64,000 nucleotides of DNA from an uncultured Verrucomicrobiae bacterium (GTDB taxonomy: Bacteria > Verrucomicrobiota > Verrucomicrobiia > Chthoniobacterales > Chthoniobacteraceae), in assembly GCA_963828525.1 (NCBI GenBank), contig CAWHEP010000008.1, positions 32,001-96,000 of the forward strand, given 5' to 3'. Below, one piece after another: positions 17,959-27,925 of the stretch; within the stretch, counting starts at the first letter, position 1; each line of letters starts with the position of its first letter. The position numbers and the translations under genes were made by a program. Under the pieces are notes generated by a model that was not told the origin of the DNA, did not search any database, and saw nothing but the letters and a program-made list of their open reading frames with translations.

Positions 17959-20900
17959 TAGGGATTCCCTCCTTGTTTCTCGTGTTTCGCCGCAGGTTCC
18001 GCTTCGAAGCTGGCGACTCTATCCGCTCCAGCCATCCTCGTGTTTGGATTTCGAACACGCGCCAGATAACTGACGCGAGTAGCAACGTTGAGATACTCCA
18101 ACAATCGGTAGTTGCGCTCCCGCTTCTTCAGCTTGGAAACTTTGCTGCCAGAATCCTCGAGAATATCACCAAAAGTAATTGCGCGGGCTGGGCAGGCCTG
18201 CTGGCAGGCCACCTGGAAAGTGTCGGCTGGAACACGAATGTCCGGCGATGAACCCGCCTTCACGCGCTGCGCGATCTTTGCCTCTTCGATCCGCTGTACG
18301 CAGAAGGTGCATTTCTCCATGATGCCGCGCATCCGCACGGTAACATTTGGGTTTTTCTGCATCTTCAGCGTATCGGGCGACCCTTTTTCCGTAAGAGGCC
18401 CAAGCTTTAAGCCACTGACTTCGCCGAAGAACCGCGTCTGCTGTGGAGCCACAGGACGCTGTTGATAATCAAAGAAATTGAATCTGCGGACCTTGAACGG
18501 GCAGTTATTAGAGCAATAGCGAGTCCCGATGCAACGATTGTAAGCCATCACGTTAAGCCCTTCTTCGCTGTGGACGGTGGCATTTACGGGACAGACGGTT
18601 TCACAGGGAGCATTCTCGCAATGCTGGCAAAGCATGGGCTCCATGAGCATCTCGGGGTCATCCTCATTTTCATCCCAGCTCGCAAAATAGCGGTCATTGC
18701 GGATCCAGTGCATTTCGCGCCCGTTGATGACCTGCTCTTTCCCAACGATGGGGATGTTGTTCTCGGACTGGCAGGCGACGACACACGCGTTGCAGCCCGT
18801 GCAGGTGTTCAAATCGATCACCATCCCCCATTGGTTCAGTCCCGTGAGAGGAGGATGGCTGTAGAGGGTGGGATTCTTGCCATGGAGTTCGGCATCCATC
18901 CACATCCGCTTCGCAAACTCCGGGTTCTCCCTGAAGTGTTCGATGGTGGCCTCGCGCACCAAAGCGCGTCCCTCCATAACGTTATGATCCTGAGTGATGG
19001 CAAGCGGATAGGTCTCACCCGTCAACTTCACCTTCGCGCCGACAGCAAAGTACGGCGACGAGGAGGTTCGCAAAGGATAGACATCCACACCCGAGCTCGC
19101 TCCCACCCATCCCGTTACTCTTCTTCCATACCCCAGCGGTATGCTGATCGAGTGATCGGCATGCCCGGGGGCGATGAGAGCGGCGATCTCGATTTTCCTG
19201 TTTTCGACGGACACTTCGATCTTGGCGAAGTCTTTTTGCCCGAATGCCTTCGCCTCAATCCCCAATTTCCTGGCGGTTGCCGGGCTAATCAGAGCGGCAT
19301 TATCCCAGGTAACCTTGGTGATGGGGTCGGGGAGTTCCTGCAGCCAGCCGTTGTTCGCGTATCGCCCATCATCCACGCTGGAACTTGGGATAAACACAAC
19401 TTCGAAATCGTCCTCGGAAAAGGAAGGAAGGTTTGCATTCTCCTGCACGTAGGAAGCTGCCCCCGCCGGATCGAAAGAGACTGGTTTCGCAGGCGAAGCG
19501 CTATCGGCGACAAACCCATCGTGGAGAAAGCGATTCCAAGCCGCGTCGAAATCCGGCGGGTTCATAAGCTCACGGAACGTATCCTGTATCAGCTCGGGAC
19601 CTTTTGGCTTCGGCAGCCCGGCAAACCGCGCGAGGATATCCAACTCCGACCAGCCATCAAAAAGCGGCATGATCATGGGCTGGATGGAAACGTAGGAACC
19701 GTCCGAGGCGAGACCATCACCCCATGCCTCCAAATAGTGCGCGGCGGGAACGTGCCAGTGGCAACCAACCGACGTCTCATCGACATGCATTCCCATCCGG
19801 ATAACAACCGGAACAGACTTCTGAAGCTTATTCCATTCAACGTCCGACGGAGCATTGTATGCCGGATTGCCCCCGAGGATGAATAGCGTGGTTACCTTCT
19901 TGCTGGTTATGCTGGCGGCGAGTTCTCCGAGGGTAATCCCTGCCTTGGCGGCAGATTGCCGCCCGTTAATTGTCGACCCCAGGTTCCCCAGCGCGGCATT
20001 GATGCCTCTAACCAGCAACTGGACAGCGGCAGGCTGCCGATCACCGATAAGAACGAGGGAGCGACCTTTTGCGCTGAGCAGGTCCGCCGCGACACTCTCA
20101 ATCCAGCCATCCACAAATTTCGCGGCGACCTGCGGCTGTTTGAACGCGTTGTAGAACGGCTCAAAAGCGGCTCCTCCCGAAGATTTTCCGATCTCTCTCG
20201 CGAGGGCGAATGCGAAGGCTCCGATCTGGCTGGCCGGGCATCGCAGCCGGTGATCCGCGACGCCGCCAGTGACGGTGTAGCGGTTCTCAACCACGTAGAG
20301 CCGGTTCATCTTCGCGTCGGCCTCGTCGACACTGCGCCGCGCGGCAAAAGCGCGATTTGCCGCTATGCTGCCAGCTTCGCAACCCAGGAAATCACAATCC
20401 AAAGCGAGAATTACATCCGCCTTTGACACGTCATGGGAGACATGCGCCGCATCGCCCAGCGCCTTCTCTGCTTCGTCGTTTCCGAGTGGCTCGTAAACGC
20501 ACCACTGGGCCTGTGGGTAGCGTTTCATCACAAGCTTGCGCAGACGCTCGCGAGAGGGAGAATTGTTTTCTTCGAGCAGGAAGGCCAGACCCGCTCCCGC
20601 GTTGACGTCACAGTTGGAAGCGATCTTTTCGAGAGAAGCGGTAAAATGCGAGCTTGTGGTCTCCATGCCCTCACGGAGGAAAAATCGGGCGCGATCTGGG
20701 TCGTAGAGATTCAGTATGGAAGCCTGAGCGAAGACATCGCTGGCTCCCTGGGTGACAGGGTGAAGCGGATTGCCATCCACTTTGGTTGGACGGCCATCGT
20801 GAGTCGTCACCACCAATGGTGTAGCCCCTGCCCTGCCGGGCATGGAAGTCGCGAAAAACAGAGGCTTCCCGGGAATAGCCCATTCCACCGTTTTTGTAAA

Positions 20901-21143
20901 CGGGACCAGATTCATCACAGGACGGTGGCAACCGGTCAGTCCGACACCCGCCAGCGCAGTGGAGGCTCCCATGAGCTTTATGAAGTTCCGCCTCGAGAGG
21001 CCGTCCTCAGCGAACTCGGAAGCGCCAGCCGGGAACTCGCGCGTTAACTGGGATTCAAAGCCGGAATCGGCCGAGAGTTCGTCAAGGCTGCGCCAGTATT
21101 TCTTGCCTTCGTCCGCTGGAGGATGGTGGAAGATTCGTTTCAT
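17958..21143 (-). CDS. actB: Alternative complex III subunit ActB (molybdopterin-fold plus Fe-S domain, Tat-exported)
   Basis: [12 protein letters not shown] Tat motif then GLTGC. C-terminal [39 protein letters not shown]. Confidence 0.95.
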   Translation of the reverse strand: MKRIFHHPPADEGKKYWRSLDELSADSGFESQLTREFPAGASEFAEDGLSRRNFIKLMGASTALAGVGLTGCHRPVMNLVPFTKTVEWAIPGKPLFFATSMPGRAGATPLVVTTHDGRPTKVDGNPLHPVTQGASDVFAQASILNLYDPDRARFFLREGMETTSSHFTASLEKIASNCDVNAGAGLAFLLEENNSPSRERLRKLVMKRYPQAQWCVYEPLGNDEAEKALGDAAHVSHDVSKADVILALDCDFLGCEAGSIAANRAFAARRSVDEADAKMNRLYVVENRYTVTGGVADHRLRCPASQIGAFAFALAREIGKSSGGAAFEPFYNAFKQPQVAAKFVDGWIESVAADLLSAKGRSLVLIGDRQPAAVQLLVRGINAALGNLGSTINGRQSAAKAGITLGELAASITSKKVTTLFILGGNPAYNAPSDVEWNKLQKSVPVVIRMGMHVDETSVGCHWHVPAAHYLEAWGDGLASDGSYVSIQPMIMPLFDGWSELDILARFAGLPKPKGPELIQDTFRELMNPPDFDAAWNRFLHDGFVADSASPAKPVSFDPAGAASYVQENANLPSFSEDDFEVVFIPSSSVDDGRYANNGWLQELPDPITKVTWDNAALISPATARKLGIEAKAFGQKDFAKIEVSVENRKIEIAALIAPGHADHSISIPLGYGRRVTGWVGASSGVDVYPLRTSSSPYFAVGAKVKLTGETYPLAITQDHNVMEGRALVREATIEHFRENPEFAKRMWMDAELHGKNPTLYSHPPLTGLNQWGMVIDLNTCTGCNACVVACQSENNIPIVGKEQVINGREMHWIRNDRYFASWDENEDDPEMLMEPMLCQHCENAPCETVCPVNATVHSEEGLNVMAYNRCIGTRYCSNNCPFKVRRFNFFDYQQRPVAPQQTRFFGEVSGLKLGPLTEKGSPDTLKMQKNPNVTVRMRGIMEKCTFCVQRIEEAKIAQRVKAGSSPDIRVPADTFQVACQQACPARAITFGDILEDSGSKVSKLKKRERNYRLLEYLNVATRVSYLARVRNPNTRMAGADRVASFEAEPAAKHEKQGGNP

Positions 21144-21793
21144 CGGTGACACCCCTGGCAATTTTCAGGCGGATTCACGTTCCACCGTTTCTTCAAGTCC
21201 AGGCCGATCTCCTCCTGAGTCTGTCCCGACGGCGGTGTCCAATCGAGATTGAAGACCTGTTCCTGAGGACGGAGGTGGTTCTCGGGGGCTCGATGACAAT
21301 CCAGGCACCAGCTCATGCTGAGAGGCTTGCGTTCGCCGACAACATCCATGTGGTTGATGTTCCCATGGCAGCTATAACAGCTGACGCCGCGATTAACGTG
21401 AGCCGAGTGGTTGAAATACGCGTAATCCGGGGTTTTATGAATCTGCACCCACTCAACGGGCTGGCCAGACGCCCAACTCTGCCGAACCGGGAGAAGCTTG
21501 GGATTCTCCTTTTGCACCTGCGAATGGCAGTTCATGCAGGTCTGTGTGTTAGGGACATTCGAATGGGCGGCGACCTCGACGAAGCTGTGGCAGTAGCGGC
21601 AGTCCATCCCCAATTGAGAAACGTGGATGTCGTGAGGGAATGGGACTGGCTGAACCGGGGTGTATCCGACGCGAACGTATTTTGGGGTGAAGTAGTACCA
21701 AACCACGGCGGTCAGCAATGTGCCGATGACACAAAGGCACACGAACAATTTGATCGGGAGCAGATTGCTCCATCGAGGAAAAAAATTGGCCAT
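21140..21793 (-). CDS. actA: Alternative complex III pentaheme cytochrome c ActA
   Basis: N-terminal TM and five CxxCH motifs (CRYCH, CMNCH, CYSCH, CLDCH, CQGCH). Confidence 0.95.
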   Translation of the reverse strand: MANFFPRWSNLLPIKLFVCLCVIGTLLTAVVWYYFTPKYVRVGYTPVQPVPFPHDIHVSQLGMDCRYCHSFVEVAAHSNVPNTQTCMNCHSQVQKENPKLLPVRQSWASGQPVEWVQIHKTPDYAYFNHSAHVNRGVSCYSCHGNINHMDVVGERKPLSMSWCLDCHRAPENHLRPQEQVFNLDWTPPSGQTQEEIGLDLKKRWNVNPPENCQGCHR

Positions 21794-21869
21794 CTAGGTT
21801 AGGTCATCCTGGCCGGGAAGATACGTTCTAAAAAGGTTCAAAGGTGCAGGCTCCGCAAAAGGGAGCAAC

Positions 21870-21898
21870 GTTTTCATGGATAACTCGGCTCGTGTCAA
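21870..21898 (-). promoter_or_regulatory. Possible sigma70 promoter of the act/cox operon
   Basis: Perfect TTGACA on the minus strand (21898-21893), about 100 bp upstream of actA. The -10 box is poor. Confidence 0.3.
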
Positions 21899-22072
21899 CA
21901 GTATGCTCTCGATTATTTCGCACAAATGCGGCGTCCAAGGGAGGCCGTCCAGTGGCGCGCATTTTTTTGTACAGTCCCCTCCCCTTGCAAGAGGAAAAGA
22001 GAATTTCTTTCCGGACTGCGAAGCATGTTTGCTCGCAGCGCCTCGCGCCCGGGCGCCCTGAGAAAAAGCGGG

Positions 22073-22456
22073 CTATTCCCGATTCTTGCGGGCGGCAACC
22101 ATCTGGTCGTGAGCAGCCTCGTCCAGACCTTCGGAGACGAGTTCCTCTCCGAGGGACTGATCGTCGGGAAGTCCGACATTCGGCACATGACAGCCTTGAA
22201 TCCCTACTGGTTCATCCCTCTCTGTGAGGCTTGCCACCACGTCGGCGGTCTCCTCAGGCGCATCCTCGGAGTCATTGCCAAGCAATTCGTCTTTCGCCTG
22301 ACGGAGATCCTCGTCCGTGAAAGCGCTCGCCGACCTGCCCGCGATAGCGGCAAGTTCGCGGGCGCGCTCTTCCACCAACTCAGGAGACGGCACCCCCAAT
22401 CCGGCGGACGCGGTCGAAATCTTCCCGTGGGTCTCAGGATTCTTTAGTTCGTTCAT
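22073..22456 (-). CDS. Small acidic hypothetical protein
   Basis: 127 aa, Asp/Glu-rich. VEERARELA...GR...EDLRQAKDEL resembles DUF2934-type helical hairpins. Confidence 0.65.
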   Translation of the reverse strand: MNELKNPETHGKISTASAGLGVPSPELVEERARELAAIAGRSASAFTDEDLRQAKDELLGNDSEDAPEETADVVASLTERDEPVGIQGCHVPNVGLPDDQSLGEELVSEGLDEAAHDQMVAARKNRE

Positions 22457-22650
22457 ATGTAAAAGGGTATCGCGCGACGAGCTTCATTCGTGCTTCCGTA
22501 AGGGCCATTTTTGCGTGAGCCCGCAAGATGGGACGGCTCTGCGCCCCCAGAGCAGATTGGCTCGACATCGTTCTCGAAACCGGCTAGCTGCCTTTTGCGT
22601 CCGGAGTTTGGCTATAAGCGTAACGTCACTGGCCGAAAACCCGCCTCCTA

Positions 22651-23223
22651 ATGATATCTGACTTACTGAAAGAACGATGCGCGCTCTTTGCGGCAGGCGC
22701 GCTTACTGCTGCTGAGCGCGAACAATTCGAGATCATTGTGGAGTTCCATCCTGAGGTGAGGCAGTTCCTTGCCTGGGTTGAAGAAGCAGCGGTCGCCATT
22801 GTTTTGGCTCACTTGAACGAAAGAGAAGCGCGGCCGGCAAACCTTCTCAAGACCAAGATTTTAGGTTCGCTGCGCGAACAAAGGTCCGAACGACCAGCTG
22901 AGAGCTTCGTGATGTGCGAGAAAGATGGCCTCGTGCAGTGGGTGAATCCCGCGTTCACCTCGATGTGCGGATACACCCTTGAGGAACTCCGAGGCAAAAA
23001 TCTCGGCCCAATCCTGCAGGGTGAAGGAACAGACGCCGCAACTGCCGAACGGATGAGAAAAGCTGTTCGCGCGCAGCAGCCATGCCAGGAGACAATCCTC
23101 AATTACCACAAGAACGGGAACCCGTATCTGGTAGAGATCGCCATCACTCCGATTCTAGACAGCACCGGTGAAGCGCTGTGGCTGATAGCGACAGAGCGAG
23201 AATGTTCAGAAAAGCAGGTTTAA
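22651..23223 (+). CDS. Anti-sigma (RskA/ChrR-like N-terminal domain) fused to a PAS domain
   Basis: N-terminus ALFAAGALTAAEREQFE...P..LKTKIL. C-terminus WVNPAFTSMCGYTLEEL.GK...LQG..TD...NYHKNGNPY..ITPI. No TM. Confidence 0.8.
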   Translation: MISDLLKERCALFAAGALTAAEREQFEIIVEFHPEVRQFLAWVEEAAVAIVLAHLNEREARPANLLKTKILGSLREQRSERPAESFVMCEKDGLVQWVNPAFTSMCGYTLEELRGKNLGPILQGEGTDAATAERMRKAVRAQQPCQETILNYHKNGNPYLVEIAITPILDSTGEALWLIATERECSEKQV

Positions 23224-23229
23224 TCCGCC

Positions 23230-23808
23230 TCAGGCGCGAGGACCAACCAGGTCGCGGAGCTTCATCATGCCGCGCCGGATGCGAGCCTTTATAGTGCCAA
23301 GCGGCTCTTTAAGGCGCTCAGCGATTTCCATCTGCGTCATCGAAGAGAAGAAGGCCATCTCTATTGCCTGACGCTGGTCGGGGGATAGTTTCTGAAGCGC
23401 CTCACGCACAAGCTGGTTTGCCTCACCCGACGCCACTGTATCGAACGAGCTCTTCTCGTCGGAGAAGTTTCCCAGCGCTTCCGATTCAGCCTGCACTTCG
23501 TCTCTGAGCCGATTGCGCCGCTGAATGGATCTGAAGCGATCTATGGCTTTGTTTCGGGCAAGTGTCACTGCCCATGTCAGAGGTTTGCCGCGAGTAGAGT
23601 CGTAAAGTGGCGCCTTCTCCCAGATTTGAATAAAGACATCCTGGAGAACATCTTCCGCGGCTTCCTGGTTGTTCAGCACGCGGTAGGCGGTTGAAAACAA
23701 CACACCCGAAAAGCGGTCGTAGAGCGCCTCGAAGCTGGCGCGGTTTCCAAGCCCAATTTGCTTCAACAGCTCGATCTCGGCTTCGAGTTGTCCTGGGTCA
23801 GGCTCCAT
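23230..23808 (-). CDS. ECF RNA polymerase sigma factor (SigK-like)
   Basis: AAEDVLQDVFIQIW, RNKAIDRFR, EIAERLKEPLGTIKARIRRG. Confidence 0.93.
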   Translation of the reverse strand: MEPDPGQLEAEIELLKQIGLGNRASFEALYDRFSGVLFSTAYRVLNNQEAAEDVLQDVFIQIWEKAPLYDSTRGKPLTWAVTLARNKAIDRFRSIQRRNRLRDEVQAESEALGNFSDEKSSFDTVASGEANQLVREALQKLSPDQRQAIEMAFFSSMTQMEIAERLKEPLGTIKARIRRGMMKLRDLVGPRA

Positions 23809-23970
23809 GGTGTCCAATGATGTCGTAACCGGAAGAGATGTAAATAAGAAGCGCTTTATCTGGAGGTGACCAACGGCCGCGGGAGGCGCAGGGAATTTGC
23901 CCCTCGATTTTACGGGTATAGACACCTACATATCTTCCCGAAGGCGGAAACGCCGATCTCCAGAACACCC

Positions 23971-25419
23971 ATGAAGCAACTGAACGACCGCGCGCGGGGC
24001 GATGGCATAATCAAAACCCTGGTGCTTGATACATCTGTATTAATTCACGACCCGCAGTGCCTTACAAAGTTCAAGAATAACAACGTCTGCATCTGTTCGG
24101 AGTCGTTGCAGGAACTGGACAAGCTCAAGACTGAGCCTTCTGAACGCGGATCGGCGGCGCGCGAGGTGCAGCGAAGAATGCTGAAGCTGTTCGGGGACGG
24201 TTCCATGACGGAGGGAGCCCGTACCGCGGGTGGAGGCCGTTTGTTCGTTTCCGTAAACCGATATCTCGTCGAAGGCATCTCCACACCAGGCATCAAGAAG
24301 CTGCTGGCGGCAGTCGGCGACCTGAAGTCGATGGACAATAAGATCCTGGCAAACGCGATCTTCGTTTCCGAGAGCACTCCCCCGCCGGTCATAGTCGTGA
24401 CGAAGGATCTCAACATGCGGCTGAAGGCGGGTTCAGTCGGGATGGAAGTGGAAGATTACAGAAACGACCGGGTGGAACCGGAGAGCGAAGACTGGCACCG
24501 CAAGGTAAGGATAACCGCCGCGGATATGCAGCGTTTTGCATCCATCGGAGAGATCATCCTCCCGCGGGCAAGGGTGAAGGATCTCCTGGTGAACGACTAT
24601 GTCGTGCTGGATGACGGCAAGACTATACCCGCGCGTTACCTTGGTTCCGGACGCTTCGCGCGGTTGCACGGCGGCGAGGGAATATCGGTTCCCGACGGCG
24701 CTCATGTGCGCGCTCTGAATATCGGGCAGCAGTTCATGCTGGACGCGATGCTGGACCCTAACGTAACGCTGCTGACGGTCTCAGGTCCCGCCGGAACGGG
24801 AAAAACGCTATTATCTGTGGCTGCCGGCCTGGCAATGATCGCGGGACGCCAGTACGATGGGATGAGCATCACGCGGCCTGTCGTTTCGATGGGTGGGGGA
24901 ATTGGATTCCTACCCGGCAGCCTGCAGGAAAAAATGGCGCCGTGGCTGCAACCGTATTTCGACGCGATCACCTTCCTTCTCTCAAGACGCGAAGGCAAAG
25001 GGGGCAGGCCGCAGAGCGATCGAAAGGTCAGGCGGGAAGAAGAGAAGCAGCGTGGCAACGCGGGAGGTCCTCCGCACACGAGGAAGCCCTACGAAAAGCT
25101 ACTGGAAGCCGGGCTGTTGGAAATCGAGGCTCTGTGTTACATCCGTGGAAGGTCGATCCCTAACCGGCTATTCATCCTGGATGAAGCGCAGCAGTTGACC
25201 CCGCTGGAAGCCAAAACGGTAGTGACGCGTATCAGCAAGGGCTCGAAACTGGTGCTATTAGGGGACACCGCCCAAATCGACAACCCGTACGTTGACGCCT
25301 TAAGCAATGGGCTCGTCTATACGCGAAATAAGTTGCGAGGACAGGAGATGACCGCGCACATCACGCTCAGCAAGTGCGAGCGCAGTCCTCTGGCGGAAAA
25401 AGCGGCAGAATTAATGTGA
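23971..25419 (+). CDS. PhoH family protein with N-terminal PIN domain (PhoH2/YlaK type)
   Basis: VLDTSVLIHDP, DNKIL, VTKDLNMR, GPAGTGKT, IRGRSI, LDEAQ, GDTAQID. Confidence 0.93.
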   Translation: MKQLNDRARGDGIIKTLVLDTSVLIHDPQCLTKFKNNNVCICSESLQELDKLKTEPSERGSAAREVQRRMLKLFGDGSMTEGARTAGGGRLFVSVNRYLVEGISTPGIKKLLAAVGDLKSMDNKILANAIFVSESTPPPVIVVTKDLNMRLKAGSVGMEVEDYRNDRVEPESEDWHRKVRITAADMQRFASIGEIILPRARVKDLLVNDYVVLDDGKTIPARYLGSGRFARLHGGEGISVPDGAHVRALNIGQQFMLDAMLDPNVTLLTVSGPAGTGKTLLSVAAGLAMIAGRQYDGMSITRPVVSMGGGIGFLPGSLQEKMAPWLQPYFDAITFLLSRREGKGGRPQSDRKVRREEEKQRGNAGGPPHTRKPYEKLLEAGLLEIEALCYIRGRSIPNRLFILDEAQQLTPLEAKTVVTRISKGSKLVLLGDTAQIDNPYVDALSNGLVYTRNKLRGQEMTAHITLSKCERSPLAEKAAELM

Positions 25420-25420
25420 T

Positions 25421-25756
25421 ATGGGCGCGGAGCCAGGAAAGAGGAGCAACCCCATCCTCACCGGACTGCGGTCGGCAGCCATTCTCGCCGCTTTGGCAGG
25501 ATTTCTTTACTTCCTCAGTTTGCTGGCATACAGCGCATTTTTCCTTGGCGCGAGACTGACGCATTCAGTGCCAGCGGCTCGCGCTTTCGACGCGGTTGGA
25601 GCAGTGTTCCTGTTTCCGGGGAATTTCGCCCTTAGAAAGATGCCAGCGTATCTCGTCTCGTTGCCTTCCGTGATCGTTCCTGTAAACGCGGCGATCTGGC
25701 TGCTGATGATTTGCGCGGCGCTGCTGTTCTCCGGAAAAAATAAGAGCGGGTCGTGA
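25421..25756 (+). CDS. Small membrane protein
   Basis: 111 aa with 2-3 hydrophobic segments. Starts 1 nt after the PhoH stop. Confidence 0.55.
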   Translation: MGAEPGKRSNPILTGLRSAAILAALAGFLYFLSLLAYSAFFLGARLTHSVPAARAFDAVGAVFLFPGNFALRKMPAYLVSLPSVIVPVNAAIWLLMICAALLFSGKNKSGS

Positions 25757-25795
25757 GGCGTCGATAGCGCGCCATCCGGCTGGCGGCTGAAAAAA

Positions 25796-25825
25796 TGCAT
25801 CCTTGAAGGTGCTGCCACGCGAATA
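25796..25825 (+). promoter_or_regulatory. Candidate SigK-type ECF promoter
   Basis: TGCATCC-N17-CGAATA about 40 bp upstream of the AKR start. Resembles the CATCC/CGAA elements of SigK-type promoters. Confidence 0.4.
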
Positions 25826-25864
25826 AACAGGCGTGAAACAAGCGGTCGCACCGTATATACTTCA

Positions 25865-26871
25865 GTGAGTTCAATACCGCTCCGCGACTTTGGGAAGACA
25901 GGGGTCAAGATATCGGCGCTCGGTCTCGGTGGGCACCATCTGGGTGACGCTGCCGATGAAGGGACGGCGAAACTGATCGTGAAGGAAGCTGTCGAAGGAG
26001 GGATAACCTTCTTTGACAACTGTTGGGAATATAACCGTGGCAAATCCGAAATATGGATGGGAGCGCTTTGAAGGGGATGCGGGACAAAGTCTTTTTAATG
26101 ACGAAGGTCTGCACGCATGGCCGCGATGGCCGGCCTGGCTATGCAGATGCTCGAGGAATCCCTCCGCCGCTTGAGGACTGACCATCTCGATTTGTGGCAG
26201 ATCCACGGTGTCACGTTCGACAACGATCCAGACCTGTTCATACGGAAAGGCGGAGCCGCTGAGGCATTGGCCAAAGCGAAGCAGGAGGGGAAGGTCGGTT
26301 CGTGGGTTTCACGGGCCACAAATCCCCGCAAATTCACCTAAAGATGCTGGCGACGGGCTTCCCATTCGACTCGGTGCAACTGCCCTCTAAATGCCTTTTG
26401 ACGCGAGTTTTCAGAGCTTCGAGCAACAGGTCTTGCCTGAACTCAGCCGCAGGGGGATTGCCGCCGCTGGGGATGAAACCGATGACCGGCAAGGCGGAAC
26501 CGCTCAAGAAGGTCATCCTTTCTCCGCAGGACGCATTGCGCTACGCCATGAGCCTGCCGGTGGCAACGACGATCACCGGAATGGACAAGTTGGAAGTTCT
26601 CCGCCAGAACCTCAAGATAGCGCAGGGCTTCCAGCGAATGAGCGCCGAGGAGATGGACAGAGTGCGGAACGATTGCAAGGCGCTGGCAGCGGATGGCCGC
26701 TTCGAGCATTACAAGGTCTCTTTGCAGTTCGACAATCCGGAAGCGCGCCTGGCCCACGGGTTCCCTATAGATTCCGATGTCGAAAGAGACCAAAGAGATG
26801 ATGAAGGAAACCGAAGAATACGGGCCGCCCCTTTCCAACAGTTCCCGCATGAACGAAGAAAACAGCCATGA
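25865..26871 (+). CDS. Aldo/keto reductase (about 6 apparent frameshifts)
   Basis: Colinear fragments: FGKTGVKISALGLGG, FFDNCWEY, LRTDHLDLWQIH, GFTGHK, ALRYAMSLPV. Confidence 0.85.
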
Positions 26872-27925
26872 AGCGGAAGCCCGTGGAAGTAAACCGGAGG
26901 AACTTCGTGAAGGGCGCGACATTCGCTGGCGCGGCCGCCTTGATGCCCGCTGGCATGGCATCGACCAACGCAGTCACAACTACCAAAAGCGCGGAGGGAG
27001 GCCAGGTTCCGAAGAAGGCGCTTGGCAAAACCGGGCTCGAAGTTTCGGCGCTTGGAGTGGGAGGGTTCCATCTGGGCACCGCGACGGATCAGGCGGAGGC
27101 CAGTGAGATCGTGAGCAGATCGCTGGATGCCGGGGTGAATTTTTTCGATAACGCTTGGGAGTATCACGAGGGCGAAAGTGAAAACCGCATGGGTCAAGGC
27201 GCTTAAAGGCAAGAGAGACAAGGCTGTCTTGATGACAAAGGTCTGCACACATGGCCGAGGCAAGGATGTCGCAATGAGGATGTTGGAAGAGTCTCTCAGC
27301 CGTCTGCAGACGGATTACCTGGATATCTGGCAGATTCACGAGGTCGTCTACTTCAACGATCCGGACCTCATCTTCGCTCCCGGCGGCGCGGCTGAGGCGC
27401 TGTTGCTGGCAAAGCAGCAGGGCAAAGGTGCGATTCATCGGATTCACGGGGCACAAGGATCCTGCCATCCATCTCAAAATGCTTGGGCACGACTTTCCCT
27501 TCGACACAATTCAGATGCCGCTGAACTGTTTCGACGCTACTTTCCGGAGCTTTGAGCAGCAAGTGATGCCGGAAGCAATAAAGCGAGGTATCGCGGTTTT
27601 AGGGATGAAGAGTCTGGGAGGAAGTGGAGAGATGGTGACGAGCGGCGCGATTATTGCCGCGAAGAAGGTCTCCGCTACGCGATGAGTCTGCCAGTCTCCG
27701 ACCACAATCAGTGGGATGGACTCGCTCGCCGTTCTTGAACAGAACCTCGCCGTAGCCCGGGACTTTAGGCCGATGACCGATGACGAGATGGATGCGTTAC
27801 GGGAGCGTTGCCGCGCGAAAGCGGGCGACGGGCGCTATGAACGTTTCAAGACGACCAAGCTTTACGATGGCGATCTCGGCAGAGAAATGCACGGATATCC
27901 CCCCGCCAAGGAATTACCTATTTAG
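26868..27925 (+). CDS. Tat-signal aldo/keto reductase (about 4 apparent frameshifts)
   Basis: NRRNFVK Tat motif, LGKTGLEVSALGVGG, FFDNAWEY, LQTDYLDIWQIH, GFTGHKDP, GDGRYERFK. Confidence 0.85.

Noticed and set aside
18462..19886. 474 aa plus-strand ORF (also 11074..12060, 15784..16677, 29655..30584 and many shorter ones)
   Set aside because: Antisense shadows of well-supported genes in GC-rich DNA, with no motifs.
17958..21143. Active molybdoenzyme
   Set aside because: Context and architecture identify ActB, which is known to lack the Mo cofactor.
22900..23223. LOV blue-light photoreceptor
   Set aside because: The photoactive Cys motif NCRFLQ is absent (NLGPILQ), so it is called PAS only.
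25834..25855. SigW-like promoter TGAAAC...CGTA
   Set aside because: The spacer is only 12 bp, too short.
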